DNA of 64,000 bases from positions 2,686 to 66,685 of the forward strand of contig CAIPEX010000032.1 of NCBI GenBank assembly GCA_903864185.1, read 5' to 3'. Every line of letters starts with the position of its first letter. Positions within the stretch are counted from its first letter, which is position 1. The notes below the pieces were generated by a model. The model had not been told where the DNA came from. It did not search any database and saw only the letters and a program-made list of their open reading frames with translations. The DNA comes from an uncultured Chloroflexota bacterium. GTDB taxonomy: Bacteria; Chloroflexota; Limnocylindria; Limnocylindrales; Limnocylindraceae. This document shows, one piece after another, positions 27,248-36,934 of the stretch. Both the position numbers and the translations under genes were made by a program.

Positions 27248-29295
27248 GCGAGAGGCGCACGAACATCAGTCGCGAGCTCTCGATGCTTGCATTCAACGCG
27301 CGCGTGTTGCATGAAGCGAGTGATGAGCGCAATGCCCTACTTGAGCGCTTCCGCTTCCTCGGCATCGTTGCATCAAACCTCGATGAGTTCTTCGCCATTC
27401 GCGTGTCGAGCATCCGTGAGCAGGATGCGGCAGGGATTCGCACACACGGACAGGACGGCATGACACCACAGGAGCTGCTCCGAGAGATCCGCCATGCGAC
27501 AGACCTGCTCACAGCTGCACAGCAGGCTACGTGGAAATCATTAAAGAAGGAGCTTGCTGATGCGGGTCACCATATCGTGCACTGGAAGCACCTTGACCCA
27601 TCAGAGGAGAAAATCCTCTCCGAGCGATTTGTCCGTGAGGTGCTCCCGGTCCTCACACCGCTCGCGGTTGACCCGACGCACCCGTTCCCCTTCATCAGCA
27701 GCCTCGGCCTCTCTCTGGCAGTTCGCCTGCATGACCATGAGAGCAAGAAGGAGCACTTCGCTCGTGTCAAGATCCCAGGGATCTTGGATCGCCTCTTCGA
27801 CATCGGTGGGGGGCGCTCGATCCTCGCCGAGGAACTTATTGCTGCAAATGCGGCGCAGTTATTCGTTGGGCACGAGATCCTCGATGTTCATGCCTTTCGG
27901 GTAACGCGTGATGCTGACATCGACATCCAGGAGGGTGAGGCAGACGACCTCCTTGCAACGATGGAGGAGGAGCTGAAGCAACGACGATTCGGCCGCGTGG
28001 TGCGGCTAGAGCTTGAGGAGGGGGCGCCGATCGCCATTCGTGAGGCCCTCTTAAACGGACTCGAAGTTGAGGATGATGCGCTTCAAGAGATCAACGGGGT
28101 GCTCGACCTGACGGTCGCGAGTGAGGTGGCACGCCTGCCGCTCGCAGAGTTACGCGCACCGGTGTGGCATGGGGTGACGCCCACCGCGCTTGCCACTGCA
28201 GAACGTGCCAGCGACGGAGAGAGCGACCTCTTTGGCGTCATGCGTAGCGGCGACCTTCTGGCGTATCACCCGTACGAGAACTTTGAGTCGACCGTGGAGC
28301 GGCTCTTCATCCAAGCGGCGAGCGATCCCGATGTCCTCTCGATCCGTTCAACGCTCTACCGCACCGGCCTGAACTCCACGATCCCCGAACACCTGATCCG
28401 CGCCGCCCAGAACGGAAAAGAGGTGCTCGTCCTCGTGGAGCTGAAGGCGCGCTTCGACGAGGCGGCAAATATCCACTGGGCGAAGCGGCTCGAAGATGCA
28501 GGGGCGCATGTGATCTACGGCATGATGGGCCTCAAAACGCACTGCAAGGCAACGCTCATTGCGCGACGCGAGGCGGGCGTGATTCGACGGTATGCGCATC
28601 TCGGTACTGGCAACTACAACGCTGCTACCGCGCGCGCCTACACCGACCTTGGCCTCTTTACGGCCGATGAGGTGATCGTCGCTGACGTTGGCAACCTCTT
28701 CAACTACCTCACCGGACTCGCCAAGACGCCTGAGTATCGGGCACTGCTTGTTGCGCCGGTCAATCTCCGCACCTCACTTGACGCACATATTGCGAAGGCG
28801 GCAGAGGTCGCACGGCGTGGCGGCAGGGCAACAATCTTCATCAAGGTCAACGCCTTGGTGGACCGGAAGATCATCGCGAGCATCGATGAGGCTGCGGCGG
28901 CAGGCGTAGAGATCGACCTCGTCGTGCGTGGGATGTGCGGGCTCCTACCTGATGCGGCGCGACACGAAGGACGGCTACGCATCCGCTCAATCGTTGGTGA
29001 GTTTCTGGAACACAGTCGCCTCTTCTGCTTCGATATCGACGGTACCGAGGAGTGGTTTGCCGGTAGTGCCGACCTGATGGAGCGCAACCTTGATCGCCGT
29101 GTCGAGGTGCTCTTTCCGCTCCTTGCGCCAGCCTCTACGGCACGCGTGCAACGAATCCGCGATGCACTGCTCGACGATGTGCGCAACGCGTGGCAGCTAG
29201 CGCCCGACGGGGCATGGAGCCCTGTCGGAACTGGCGCGAGCGGTGAGACCTCCGCGTTTGCCACGCTCAAGGGAGAGGCGCGCGAGGCCTCCTGA
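27244..29295 (+). CDS. ppk1: Polyphosphate kinase 1
   Basis: ISRELSMLAFNARVL N-terminus and full-length PPK1 architecture; GTG 27244 preferred, ORF track start is 27217. Confidence 0.95.
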   Translation: MSERRTNISRELSMLAFNARVLHEASDERNALLERFRFLGIVASNLDEFFAIRVSSIREQDAAGIRTHGQDGMTPQELLREIRHATDLLTAAQQATWKSLKKELADAGHHIVHWKHLDPSEEKILSERFVREVLPVLTPLAVDPTHPFPFISSLGLSLAVRLHDHESKKEHFARVKIPGILDRLFDIGGGRSILAEELIAANAAQLFVGHEILDVHAFRVTRDADIDIQEGEADDLLATMEEELKQRRFGRVVRLELEEGAPIAIREALLNGLEVEDDALQEINGVLDLTVASEVARLPLAELRAPVWHGVTPTALATAERASDGESDLFGVMRSGDLLAYHPYENFESTVERLFIQAASDPDVLSIRSTLYRTGLNSTIPEHLIRAAQNGKEVLVLVELKARFDEAANIHWAKRLEDAGAHVIYGMMGLKTHCKATLIARREAGVIRRYAHLGTGNYNAATARAYTDLGLFTADEVIVADVGNLFNYLTGLAKTPEYRALLVAPVNLRTSLDAHIAKAAEVARRGGRATIFIKVNALVDRKIIASIDEAAAAGVEIDLVVRGMCGLLPDAARHEGRLRIRSIVGEFLEHSRLFCFDIDGTEEWFAGSADLMERNLDRRVEVLFPLLAPASTARVQRIRDALLDDVRNAWQLAPDGAWSPVGTGASGETSAFATLKGEAREAS

Positions 29296-29296
29296 C

Positions 29297-29926
29297 GTGC
29301 CGATAGAACGAGAGCTCAAACTCCTCTCTACAGCAGCAGGAGCCCCGCAACTGCCGTCAGGGTGGACGCTTGGGTCTGGCGCACTGCACCAGTTACGCGA
29401 CACCTACCTTGAGGCCGACGGCGCACTGGCGCGCGCCAGCCTCGCCCTTCGTCGCCGCGAGGGGGATCCGCACGGGGTGCTCTATACGCTCAAGGGTGAA
29501 CCGGAGAAGACTGGCACTGCGCTCACCCAGCGCACGGAGATTGAGGTGGGCGAACAGACGCCTGGCGAGATTCCACTGGCCATCGTTGACGCCCTTCGTG
29601 CTGGTGGCCTCTCCATGAACGTGCCGCTCACAGCGCTCCGCCCTGATGTTGTCATCGAGCAGGTGCGTAACGCCTGGCCACTGCAGCATGGGGGTGACGC
29701 GGTAGCAACGCTCAGTGTCGATGAGGTCAGCGCCACCTACGCAGCACAGCAGGTTGCATGGGTCGAGATGGAGATTGAGTTTTCCACCAGCCTCTCCGCT
29801 GTGGAGGTAGAACTTCTCTCAACCGAACTCCAGGACTGGTTTATGAAGCAGCCTGGATACACACTCGGTGGGGAGTCGAAAGAGCGACGTGCGCGGCGCA
29901 TCGTCAACGAGCGGCTAGGTCGCTAG
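29297..29926 (+). CDS. CYTH-domain (triphosphate tunnel metalloenzyme; CyaB/thiamine-triphosphatase-like) protein
   Basis: N-terminal IERELKL (ExExK) motif; GTG start 2 nt after the ppk1 stop. Confidence 0.7.
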   Translation: MPIERELKLLSTAAGAPQLPSGWTLGSGALHQLRDTYLEADGALARASLALRRREGDPHGVLYTLKGEPEKTGTALTQRTEIEVGEQTPGEIPLAIVDALRAGGLSMNVPLTALRPDVVIEQVRNAWPLQHGGDAVATLSVDEVSATYAAQQVAWVEMEIEFSTSLSAVEVELLSTELQDWFMKQPGYTLGGESKERRARRIVNERLGR

Positions 29927-30918
29927 GCGCCGGCGAGTCGACTCTCCCCAACCAGCTCGGTCAGCTGGCCTCGCCACGAACTGCCGCGCCGCGCCGAAGC
30001 GATGATCAACCCTTCGCGAATCCCGCCGTGATCGACCACCAGTTCGTCTGCACCCGTCTGGTGGAGAAGCGCTTCAATGATGGCGATCCCTGCTGGCAGG
30101 AGTCGTGCTCGCCGCGGTGAGATCCCATGCTGCTCCGCGATCTCCTTTGCCGGATTGCGCGCCAGCTGCTCGCCCATCGCCGCGAGGTCCTCGCGCAAGA
30201 TCTCGCGCGTCAGCATCGTTGAGGGAACAAGTTTCAAGAGGCGCGTTGCGATGCCACCAACCAGTACGAGTCGACCGCGTGGCTGGCGCGGAATATCAAC
30301 GAGCGCAACTTGAGCGGCGCGCCGTAGCTCGTGCCAGTCGCGCGGTCGCGGCGGATCGGCATAGTCGATCCGCGCAAGGAGTCGTGCCGAGCCGATTGAC
30401 ACGCCAAAGGTGCGCGAGTCTTGATCGGGATGGAGCAGGACGACCTCGGTAGATCCACCGCCAATATCGGCAACAATCAAACGCCGAGAGTGATCATGGC
30501 CATGCAGTAGTCCGAGCACCGTGAGGAGTCCCTCCTCTTCGTGGGAGAGCACGCTAGGCGTCTGGCCAGATGCATCAGCGATCGCGCGCAGTGCTTCTTT
30601 TCTATCGCTGGCGCGGCGCAATGGTTCGGTCGCTACGACGCTGAGCTGCGTCGCCCCTAGCCGCTGAGCTCGGTCTGCAAAGCCGCGAATGGCTGCACCA
30701 ACCTCGCGAGCGGCCCGTGATCCGATCTCACCATGCCGCTCAACAAGGCGCCCAAGCTCAGAGGGGAGTGACTCATCGAGGATCGTCTCCTGGCGCACGC
30801 CGTCGGAGACGGCGACGAGCAGGTGGATAGAGTTCGATCCGATATCGGCTACAGCGAAGACGCCAGCACGAGTTGCTGCGGCAATCTGGCCCCTACCTCG
30901 TGCTCCACGCTTCACCAT
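29923..30918 (-). CDS. ppx: Ppx/GppA-family phosphatase (exopolyphosphatase)
   Basis: VADIGSNSIHL and ADIGGGSTE ASKHA-fold motifs; convergent with the CYTH gene (4-nt tail overlap). Confidence 0.85.
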   Translation of the reverse strand: MVKRGARGRGQIAAATRAGVFAVADIGSNSIHLLVAVSDGVRQETILDESLPSELGRLVERHGEIGSRAAREVGAAIRGFADRAQRLGATQLSVVATEPLRRASDRKEALRAIADASGQTPSVLSHEEEGLLTVLGLLHGHDHSRRLIVADIGGGSTEVVLLHPDQDSRTFGVSIGSARLLARIDYADPPRPRDWHELRRAAQVALVDIPRQPRGRLVLVGGIATRLLKLVPSTMLTREILREDLAAMGEQLARNPAKEIAEQHGISPRRARLLPAGIAIIEALLHQTGADELVVDHGGIREGLIIASARRGSSWRGQLTELVGESRLAGA

Positions 30919-31013
30919 GCCGCCAATCCTAGCCCGCCTGCAGTGCCGGCCGCCCGAGCCCCCGCGTAGGGTAGAATGCGCAGGCGCTCGCAGACGCGAG
31001 CCTTGGGAGGTTT

Positions 31014-31514
31014 ATGGGCGAAGCAACAGTGCGACTCCTCTTCATCCGCCATGGTGACGCCGGCGATCCCGGCGAGTGGATCGGCCCCGATGTGGAGCGC
31101 CCGCTGACCGACCGCGGTGTCAAACAGGTCTCTCGGCTTGCCGCAGGGCTCCTTGCCGCCCGCACGAAGATCGATGCGGTGCGCACATCGCCAGCCCGCC
31201 GCTGCGGTGAAACGGCCGCGATCATTGCCGCTGCGCTCGACATCGTTCCGAGCGCTGACGCACTCCTCGCCGAAGGACTCGAGCTGAACGACCTGACGAA
31301 GCTCGTCCCCAAGCGCGCAGGCTGCGTGGCACTTGTGGGGCACGAGCCACATCTCGTCGCAGTCGCGCGCGAGCTTACTGGGATTGCGCACCTCACCCTT
31401 CCGAAGGGGAGCATGCTCCGCGTCGACGCTCCGCGTCCATTCGCGCCAGGGAGTGGCGAACTTATCTGGCTGGCACCTCCATCACTCTTCCGCGCGCCGA
31501 AAGAGGAGCGTTAA
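31014..31514 (+). CDS. sixA: Histidine phosphatase SixA-type (phosphohistidine phosphatase)
   Basis: 166 aa; FIRHGDA catalytic motif; AGGAGG-like RBS GGGAGG. Confidence 0.75.
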   Translation: MGEATVRLLFIRHGDAGDPGEWIGPDVERPLTDRGVKQVSRLAAGLLAARTKIDAVRTSPARRCGETAAIIAAALDIVPSADALLAEGLELNDLTKLVPKRAGCVALVGHEPHLVAVARELTGIAHLTLPKGSMLRVDAPRPFAPGSGELIWLAPPSLFRAPKEER

Positions 31515-32200
31515 CGACTCGAGAGCATCATCGAGAGGCCCGCGCCCTCGCCGCACACGGCGTAAAGGTTCTCACTCCCAAGTCTCGCCACATCACTCTC
31601 CGCACGCACCGTCCACGCTGCAACGCGGATCTTGTGGAGCGCAGCCTCGTGGAAGAGCTGCCGACTGAGAAGTGGGAGTGCCACCGCAACACCCTGACAG
31701 TTTGCTGCACGCGCAGCTGCAAGCGGGTCCCCCTCCTCGACGTTCAGCCAACGCTCCCAGGAAGGGGCGTCTGCCTCCACCTGCCGCAGGTGCGCGAGAT
31801 CGAACGACGAGACCACCATCCGCTCGCCCGCAGCGCCTCGCGCCTGGCGAATCTGTTCGATAAGGAGCGGTGTTGGTGGAACCTTCAACTCGATATCGAG
31901 GAAGAGTGGTGGCGGAAGGAGCTGAAGGATCACCGCAAGGCGCGGAACTCCAAGGGTGGTGAGCTCATCTGCATCGAGATCGGCCACCGCTCGGGGGTCG
32001 CCATGGGTGCGCGCAAGCGACGCGTCGTGGATGACGACCGGCTCGCCATCGCGTGCGATGCGAACATCGAATTCCACCCCGTCGAGCGGGGCGCGGAGCA
32101 GCGCCGCAAACGCCTCGTAGCTGTTCTCCTTTGGAGCATCGATCGCGGAGCCGTGCAGGCCTCGATGCGCGAGGATGAGTGGCCTGGCGGCCACGTTCAC
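31511..32200 (-). CDS. Glycerophosphodiester phosphodiesterase family protein
   Basis: LAHRG...ENS...EFDV GDPD motifs. Confidence 0.8.
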   Translation of the reverse strand: MNVAARPLILAHRGLHGSAIDAPKENSYEAFAALLRAPLDGVEFDVRIARDGEPVVIHDASLARTHGDPRAVADLDADELTTLGVPRLAVILQLLPPPLFLDIELKVPPTPLLIEQIRQARGAAGERMVVSSFDLAHLRQVEADAPSWERWLNVEEGDPLAAARAANCQGVAVALPLLSRQLFHEAALHKIRVAAWTVRAESDVARLGSENLYAVCGEGAGLSMMLSSR

Positions 32201-33975
32201 GGCCGCTGCGGCTCGCCGGCGAGATGCGCTGGGAAGCCGCGATCCGTAAGAGCCCGCTCAATCTCGTCGCGTGCGGCGCGCTTTGCTGCTGCGATCTTTG
32301 CTGGGAGTTCTTCAATGGCGACGACGGTACGCTCGCCAGTCGCTCGATAGGTCAGCTCTGCGCCACCAGCATCGAGTGAGCGCGGTGAGATCGTAATCGT
32401 CCATGGGGCGCCGAGGAGTTCGGCATCGGCAAACTTCACGCCTGGTGTCTCGCTGCGATCATCGATGAGGAGCTCAAGCCCTGCGGCTGCGGCGGCACGC
32501 TCAAGGAGATCCGCCTGTGCATCAACACGCGAATCTTTCGCTGCAGATAGCAGTGCAACCTGTGCGTCGAATGGGGCGACCTCACTCGGCCAGGCGAGCC
32601 CCTTCTCGTCGTGGTGGGCTTCGGCGACACATGCAACCGCACGGCCCACGCCGATGCCGTACGAGCCCATGATGATCGGGTGCGTTGCCCCGTCCTCATC
32701 GGCATAGACGGCGCCGAGCGCCGCCGTGTAGCGCGTGCCGAGCTTGAAGATATTGCCAACCTCGATCCCGTTCTCGAGTCGAAGCGGCTTGCCGCATGCA
32801 AGGCACGGATCACCGGCTCGCGCCGAGGCGATGTCGACAATGTGATCGGGGGTGAAGTCGCGCGGAATATTGACGTTCTTCAGGTGGTAGCCATGCTTGT
32901 TGGCCCCCGCGACGAGGTTTGGTGAGGCAGCGACGAGCGTGTCAACGACGACGGTTGCGCCCTTCGCGCCGATCGGCGAGGCGTACCCGGGCTCCATGCC
33001 CGCAGCACGAATCTCCTCCTCGCGGGCAGGGCGAAGGTCGCGTGCCCCGAGCGCATTCGTGAGCTTCGTCTCTTCGACATCATCATCGCCGCGCACGATC
33101 GCAACAATAAGTCGGGCATCGCGATCGGCAAAGAAGACGGCCTTGGCGGTGCGCTCTCGACCGACACCGAGTTGCGCGGCAAGCGCCTCGATCGTTGGGG
33201 CGTTCGGTGTCGCCACCTCCTCGATCGGTTGCGCCGCCTCTGCTGCCGGTGTCGGACGCTGAACGATTGCAACCTGGCGATTCGCAGCGGCGCCGCACGC
33301 ATCACAGATGACGAGCGTGTCTTCGCCATGCGGGCTCGGAGCCATGAACTCATGTGCCAGCGAGCCGCCCATCATTCCCACATCGCTTGCAACGGCAAGC
33401 GCCCGCAGGCCGAGGCGGGCGAAGATCCGCGTATAGGCGTGGTAGTAGAGGTTGTACGAGCGCTCGAGGCCAGCCTCGTCACGATCTGCCGAGTAGGCAT
33501 CCTTCATCGTGAACTCCCGCACGCGGATGAGGCCACCACGCGCTCGGGGCTCGTCGCGCCACTTCGTCTGGAAGTGATACACCTGCTGGGGGAGCTGGCG
33601 CCACGAGCTGATCAACTTGCGTAGCAGGTCGGTGACCACCTCTTCGTGGGTCATGGCGAGGACCATCTCACGTCCGCCGCGATCCTTGAAGCGCCCCATC
33701 TCTGGGCCAATCTGATCGTAGCGACCCGTCTCGCGCCAGAGGTCGGCCGGATGCACCACTGGCATGAGCATCTCTTGCCCGCCAATGGCGTTCATCTCTT
33801 CGCGAATCACCTGCGTCACGCGCATATTGACGCGCATGCCAAGTGGCAAGAGTGAATAGATGCCGGCGCCGAGCGGGCGGATGTAGCCGGCTCGCAGCAG
33901 GAGTCGGTGTGACGGCATTTCAGCGTCGGCTGGATCCTCGCGAAGCGTCGTAAAGAAGAGCTGGCTGATACGCAT
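32197..33975 (-). CDS. proS: Proline--tRNA ligase (bacterial type with editing insertion)
   Basis: 592 aa with full-length ProS similarity. Confidence 0.95.
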   Translation of the reverse strand: MRISQLFFTTLREDPADAEMPSHRLLLRAGYIRPLGAGIYSLLPLGMRVNMRVTQVIREEMNAIGGQEMLMPVVHPADLWRETGRYDQIGPEMGRFKDRGGREMVLAMTHEEVVTDLLRKLISSWRQLPQQVYHFQTKWRDEPRARGGLIRVREFTMKDAYSADRDEAGLERSYNLYYHAYTRIFARLGLRALAVASDVGMMGGSLAHEFMAPSPHGEDTLVICDACGAAANRQVAIVQRPTPAAEAAQPIEEVATPNAPTIEALAAQLGVGRERTAKAVFFADRDARLIVAIVRGDDDVEETKLTNALGARDLRPAREEEIRAAGMEPGYASPIGAKGATVVVDTLVAASPNLVAGANKHGYHLKNVNIPRDFTPDHIVDIASARAGDPCLACGKPLRLENGIEVGNIFKLGTRYTAALGAVYADEDGATHPIIMGSYGIGVGRAVACVAEAHHDEKGLAWPSEVAPFDAQVALLSAAKDSRVDAQADLLERAAAAAGLELLIDDRSETPGVKFADAELLGAPWTITISPRSLDAGGAELTYRATGERTVVAIEELPAKIAAAKRAARDEIERALTDRGFPAHLAGEPQRP

Positions 33976-33984
33976 GGCTGAATC

Positions 33985-35478
33985 CTACCCGCGCAGGCGC
34001 GCGATTGCCGCATCGATGCGTGCGAGCACGGCGGCACGCCCGAGGAGGCGCATGCTGTCGAAGAGTGGCGGGGTTGCGGTTCGCCCAGTGGCAGCAACGC
34101 GAAGGGCCATGAAGAGATCTCCCGCCTTCCAGCCGTGCGTCTCGGCGAGGGCTCGCAAGGTGCCTTCGAGCGGGTCATCAGCGTGCAGCAAGACAGCATC
34201 CCCCTCACCAATCGCATCCGCGATAATCGGTCGCGCAGCTTCAAGTGCCGCGAGCGTGGTCGCCACATCCCACCGCTTTGGCGTGAGCGTCGCAACATCC
34301 GGAGCAGCACCATCGGTGAAGAAGAAGTCAGTGAGGGTGATCGCCGATGAGAGCAGTGGGATCCGCTCCTGGATGAGTGGGATCAGCGCGAGGATCTCCT
34401 CGTCGCGGGCGGGGCGACCGATGCGCCCATCTGTGGCGGCATCATCGTAGAAGGGGCGGAGGCGGGCAAGAAGATCGGCAGGTGCAAGCTTGCGAATCCA
34501 TTGGCCATTGAGCCACTCGAGGCGCTGTCGATCAAAGACGGCGCCGGCCTTCTGTACATGATCAAGGTCAAAGCGTTGCACCAGCTCATCCATGGGGAGG
34601 ACCTCGTCCTCACTGCCGGTCGACCAGCCAAGGAGTGCGAGGAAGTTGATCAGTGCCTCTTGGAGGAATCCTTCCGCGCGATAGTCGGCAAGTGCGGTCT
34701 GGCTCTTCCGCTTACTCATCTTCGTCCGATCCGCATTCAAGATCAGCGGGAGGTGCGCGAAGCGCGGAAGCGTGGCGCCAAGCGCCTGGAAGATGAGAAT
34801 ATGTTTCGGCGTGTTGGAGAGATGGTCCTCACCGCGAATCACATGGGTGATCCCCATATCCACATCGTCAACGACCACGGTGAAGTGGTAGAGCGGGCTC
34901 CCATCTGCGCGCAAGATCACAAGATCTCCGCCGAGCGTTGCAGCGTCGATCTCTACCCTGCCGCGAACTAGATCGTCGATGACGACCGGTCCATCTGGGA
35001 TGCGGAAGCGAAGCGCGGCAGACTCACCCGCAGCCCGACGCGTGGCGGCATCGTTCGGATCAACGCTGCGACAACGATTGGAGTAGCGCGGTGGGAGCTT
35101 CGCCGCCTCGCGTGCGGTTCGCTCTGCCTCGAGCTCTGCGGGGGTGCAGAAGCAGTAGTAGGCGCTCCCTTGCGCATGGAGCTGTGCTGCAATCTCGGTG
35201 TAGCGAGCGGTTCGCTGCGACTGCCGATACGGCCCGCGGTCGCCGACCTCGCCGTCGAGTTGCACGCCCTCATCGGCCCCGAGCCCAAGCCAGCGAAGCC
35301 CAGCGAGGATGTCGCTCTCGAATGCACTCGTAGAGCGCGCGACGTCTGTGTCTTCTACGCGCACGATGTATGTGCCGCCATGCCGGCGAGCGAAGAGCAT
35401 GTTGAACAGCGCCGTTCTCGCCGTACCAATATGGAACGGGCCGGTTGGGCTTGGGGCGATACGGACGCGCACGCTCAT
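33985..35478 (-). CDS. gltX: Glutamate--tRNA ligase
   Basis: PSPTGPFHIGTAR (HIGH) and KMSKRK (KMSKS) motifs. Confidence 0.95.
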   Translation of the reverse strand: MSVRVRIAPSPTGPFHIGTARTALFNMLFARRHGGTYIVRVEDTDVARSTSAFESDILAGLRWLGLGADEGVQLDGEVGDRGPYRQSQRTARYTEIAAQLHAQGSAYYCFCTPAELEAERTAREAAKLPPRYSNRCRSVDPNDAATRRAAGESAALRFRIPDGPVVIDDLVRGRVEIDAATLGGDLVILRADGSPLYHFTVVVDDVDMGITHVIRGEDHLSNTPKHILIFQALGATLPRFAHLPLILNADRTKMSKRKSQTALADYRAEGFLQEALINFLALLGWSTGSEDEVLPMDELVQRFDLDHVQKAGAVFDRQRLEWLNGQWIRKLAPADLLARLRPFYDDAATDGRIGRPARDEEILALIPLIQERIPLLSSAITLTDFFFTDGAAPDVATLTPKRWDVATTLAALEAARPIIADAIGEGDAVLLHADDPLEGTLRALAETHGWKAGDLFMALRVAATGRTATPPLFDSMRLLGRAAVLARIDAAIARLRG

Positions 35479-36203
35479 GCGGCACTCCGTGGAAGACGAT
35501 GGAAGAGGCGCGCGTCTGGCGTGCCGCGCAAGACGTGGATGAGTGCAGCGGGGCGCAGCCCGAGTGTGGCCCGACCGATTGGCCCGTCGAGTGTCAGCGA
35601 GTCGAGGGCACTACTACGCGAGAGGACCGAGACCTTGGCGCCAGGGATCAAGCCGCGCGCCTCAAGGTAGCTAAGGAGCGCCGAGTCGGATTCCGCAGCC
35701 TCCGTCACGCGATAGATCACTGCTGCCTCTCCCGCCTCGAGCGCAGCGAGTGGCTCACCCGCGGGGCGTCGTGCCTCTGTTGCACGGTCGATCGGATTGC
35801 CATGTGGACAGGTCTCAGGATTTCCAAGCAGTTCTTCAAGTCGTGCCTCGAGTGTCGGAGAGATTGCCGCATGGAGTCGGCGTGCCTCTATGTCTGAGGC
35901 TGCCCACGAGAGACCAACAACACCGGTAAGGAGCCATTCCAGGAGGGCATGGCGGCGGAAGATTCCGTCTGCGGCGACTTCACCTGTCGACGTGAGGCGC
36001 CAGAGGCGAGCATGACCAGTGCATGGTGCGACGAGTCGATCGTCGGCGAGTCGGCGAAACATTTCAGCTGCGGCCTGCTTGCTGACGCCGAGGTCTCCTG
36101 CAACGAGTGATGGGGTCACCCCTTCTGCCTCGCTGTGGCTACGAATGGCGAGCAGGTACTCCTGCGCCGCCGCGGAAAGTGCTGCACTCGTTGCCTTTGC
36201 CAT
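35475..36203 (-). CDS. ideR: DtxR/IdeR-family metal-dependent transcriptional repressor with C-terminal SH3-like (FeoA) domain
   Basis: Aligns block-by-block with DtxR (EGVTP, RRHALLEWLL, CPHGNPI). Confidence 0.85.
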   Translation of the reverse strand: MAKATSAALSAAAQEYLLAIRSHSEAEGVTPSLVAGDLGVSKQAAAEMFRRLADDRLVAPCTGHARLWRLTSTGEVAADGIFRRHALLEWLLTGVVGLSWAASDIEARRLHAAISPTLEARLEELLGNPETCPHGNPIDRATEARRPAGEPLAALEAGEAAVIYRVTEAAESDSALLSYLEARGLIPGAKVSVLSRSSALDSLTLDGPIGRATLGLRPAALIHVLRGTPDARLFHRLPRSAA

Positions 36204-36212
36204 CTGTTGATC

Positions 36213-36932
36213 CTAGCGGCGCCAACCGCGCATCATGGCGAAGCTCGCAACGGCGAGCCCGCTCGCTGCAGCGACGAGCCCGAGTGGGCGCCCATCGAGG
36301 AGCCCCAATGGGACGGCTGCCCCCATGGCGAGGGCGGCGGTTAACCCCAGCCATGGGATCGCCGCACCCTGGATCACTGCTCCTCTGGCCTGCACCGGCG
36401 CGGTGCGTGCGACCGGCTCAGTTGGGTGCTGGCTACGCGCCTCCCGTCGCACAGGGCGCCGCCCGCGCGCGCGATACTCCGGCCCGTGCTTCCGCGGATC
36501 GGCATACTCGCGTGGGTTCACTGTCCAGTAGGTACCTGAATCGGCGCCAACCCAGCGCGCTCCATCCCAGGGCGGATCATCACCCTCCGCTCGCTCGCCC
36601 CCCTCGTAGGTCGTCGAGCCCGGACGTGCCCGTGGCGATGTTGCGTCGGGCTGCCGCGGGGTGCCCGTGCGCGGCGCCCGTGCCGGAGTCGCTGCACGCA
36701 GCGGGCGTGTTGCATCGCGGCGTCCGGCCGCCTGTGCCTCTGCCAGTGCAACGACATATGCCTCCGTAATGCGAGCAAAATCTGCAGCAGATGTACGGGT
36801 GGTTGACGCGGCGAGATCGGGGTGGAACTCCTTTGCGCGGCGGCGATACGCAGCCTTTACCTCGGGAACACTTGGCGCACTCGGAAGGTCAAGGAGTCGC
36901 CACGCTTCCGCGGGTCGCAGGGATGATGCCAT
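36213..36932 (-). CDS. J-domain (DnaJ-like, HPD motif) protein with Pro/Arg-rich linker and C-terminal 2-TM anchor
   Basis: AYRRRAKEFHPD J-domain signature; hydrophobic C-terminus. Confidence 0.7.
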   Translation of the reverse strand: MASSLRPAEAWRLLDLPSAPSVPEVKAAYRRRAKEFHPDLAASTTRTSAADFARITEAYVVALAEAQAAGRRDATRPLRAATPARAPRTGTPRQPDATSPRARPGSTTYEGGERAEGDDPPWDGARWVGADSGTYWTVNPREYADPRKHGPEYRARGRRPVRREARSQHPTEPVARTAPVQARGAVIQGAAIPWLGLTAALAMGAAVPLGLLDGRPLGLVAAASGLAVASFAMMRGWRR

Positions 36933-36934
36933 CG

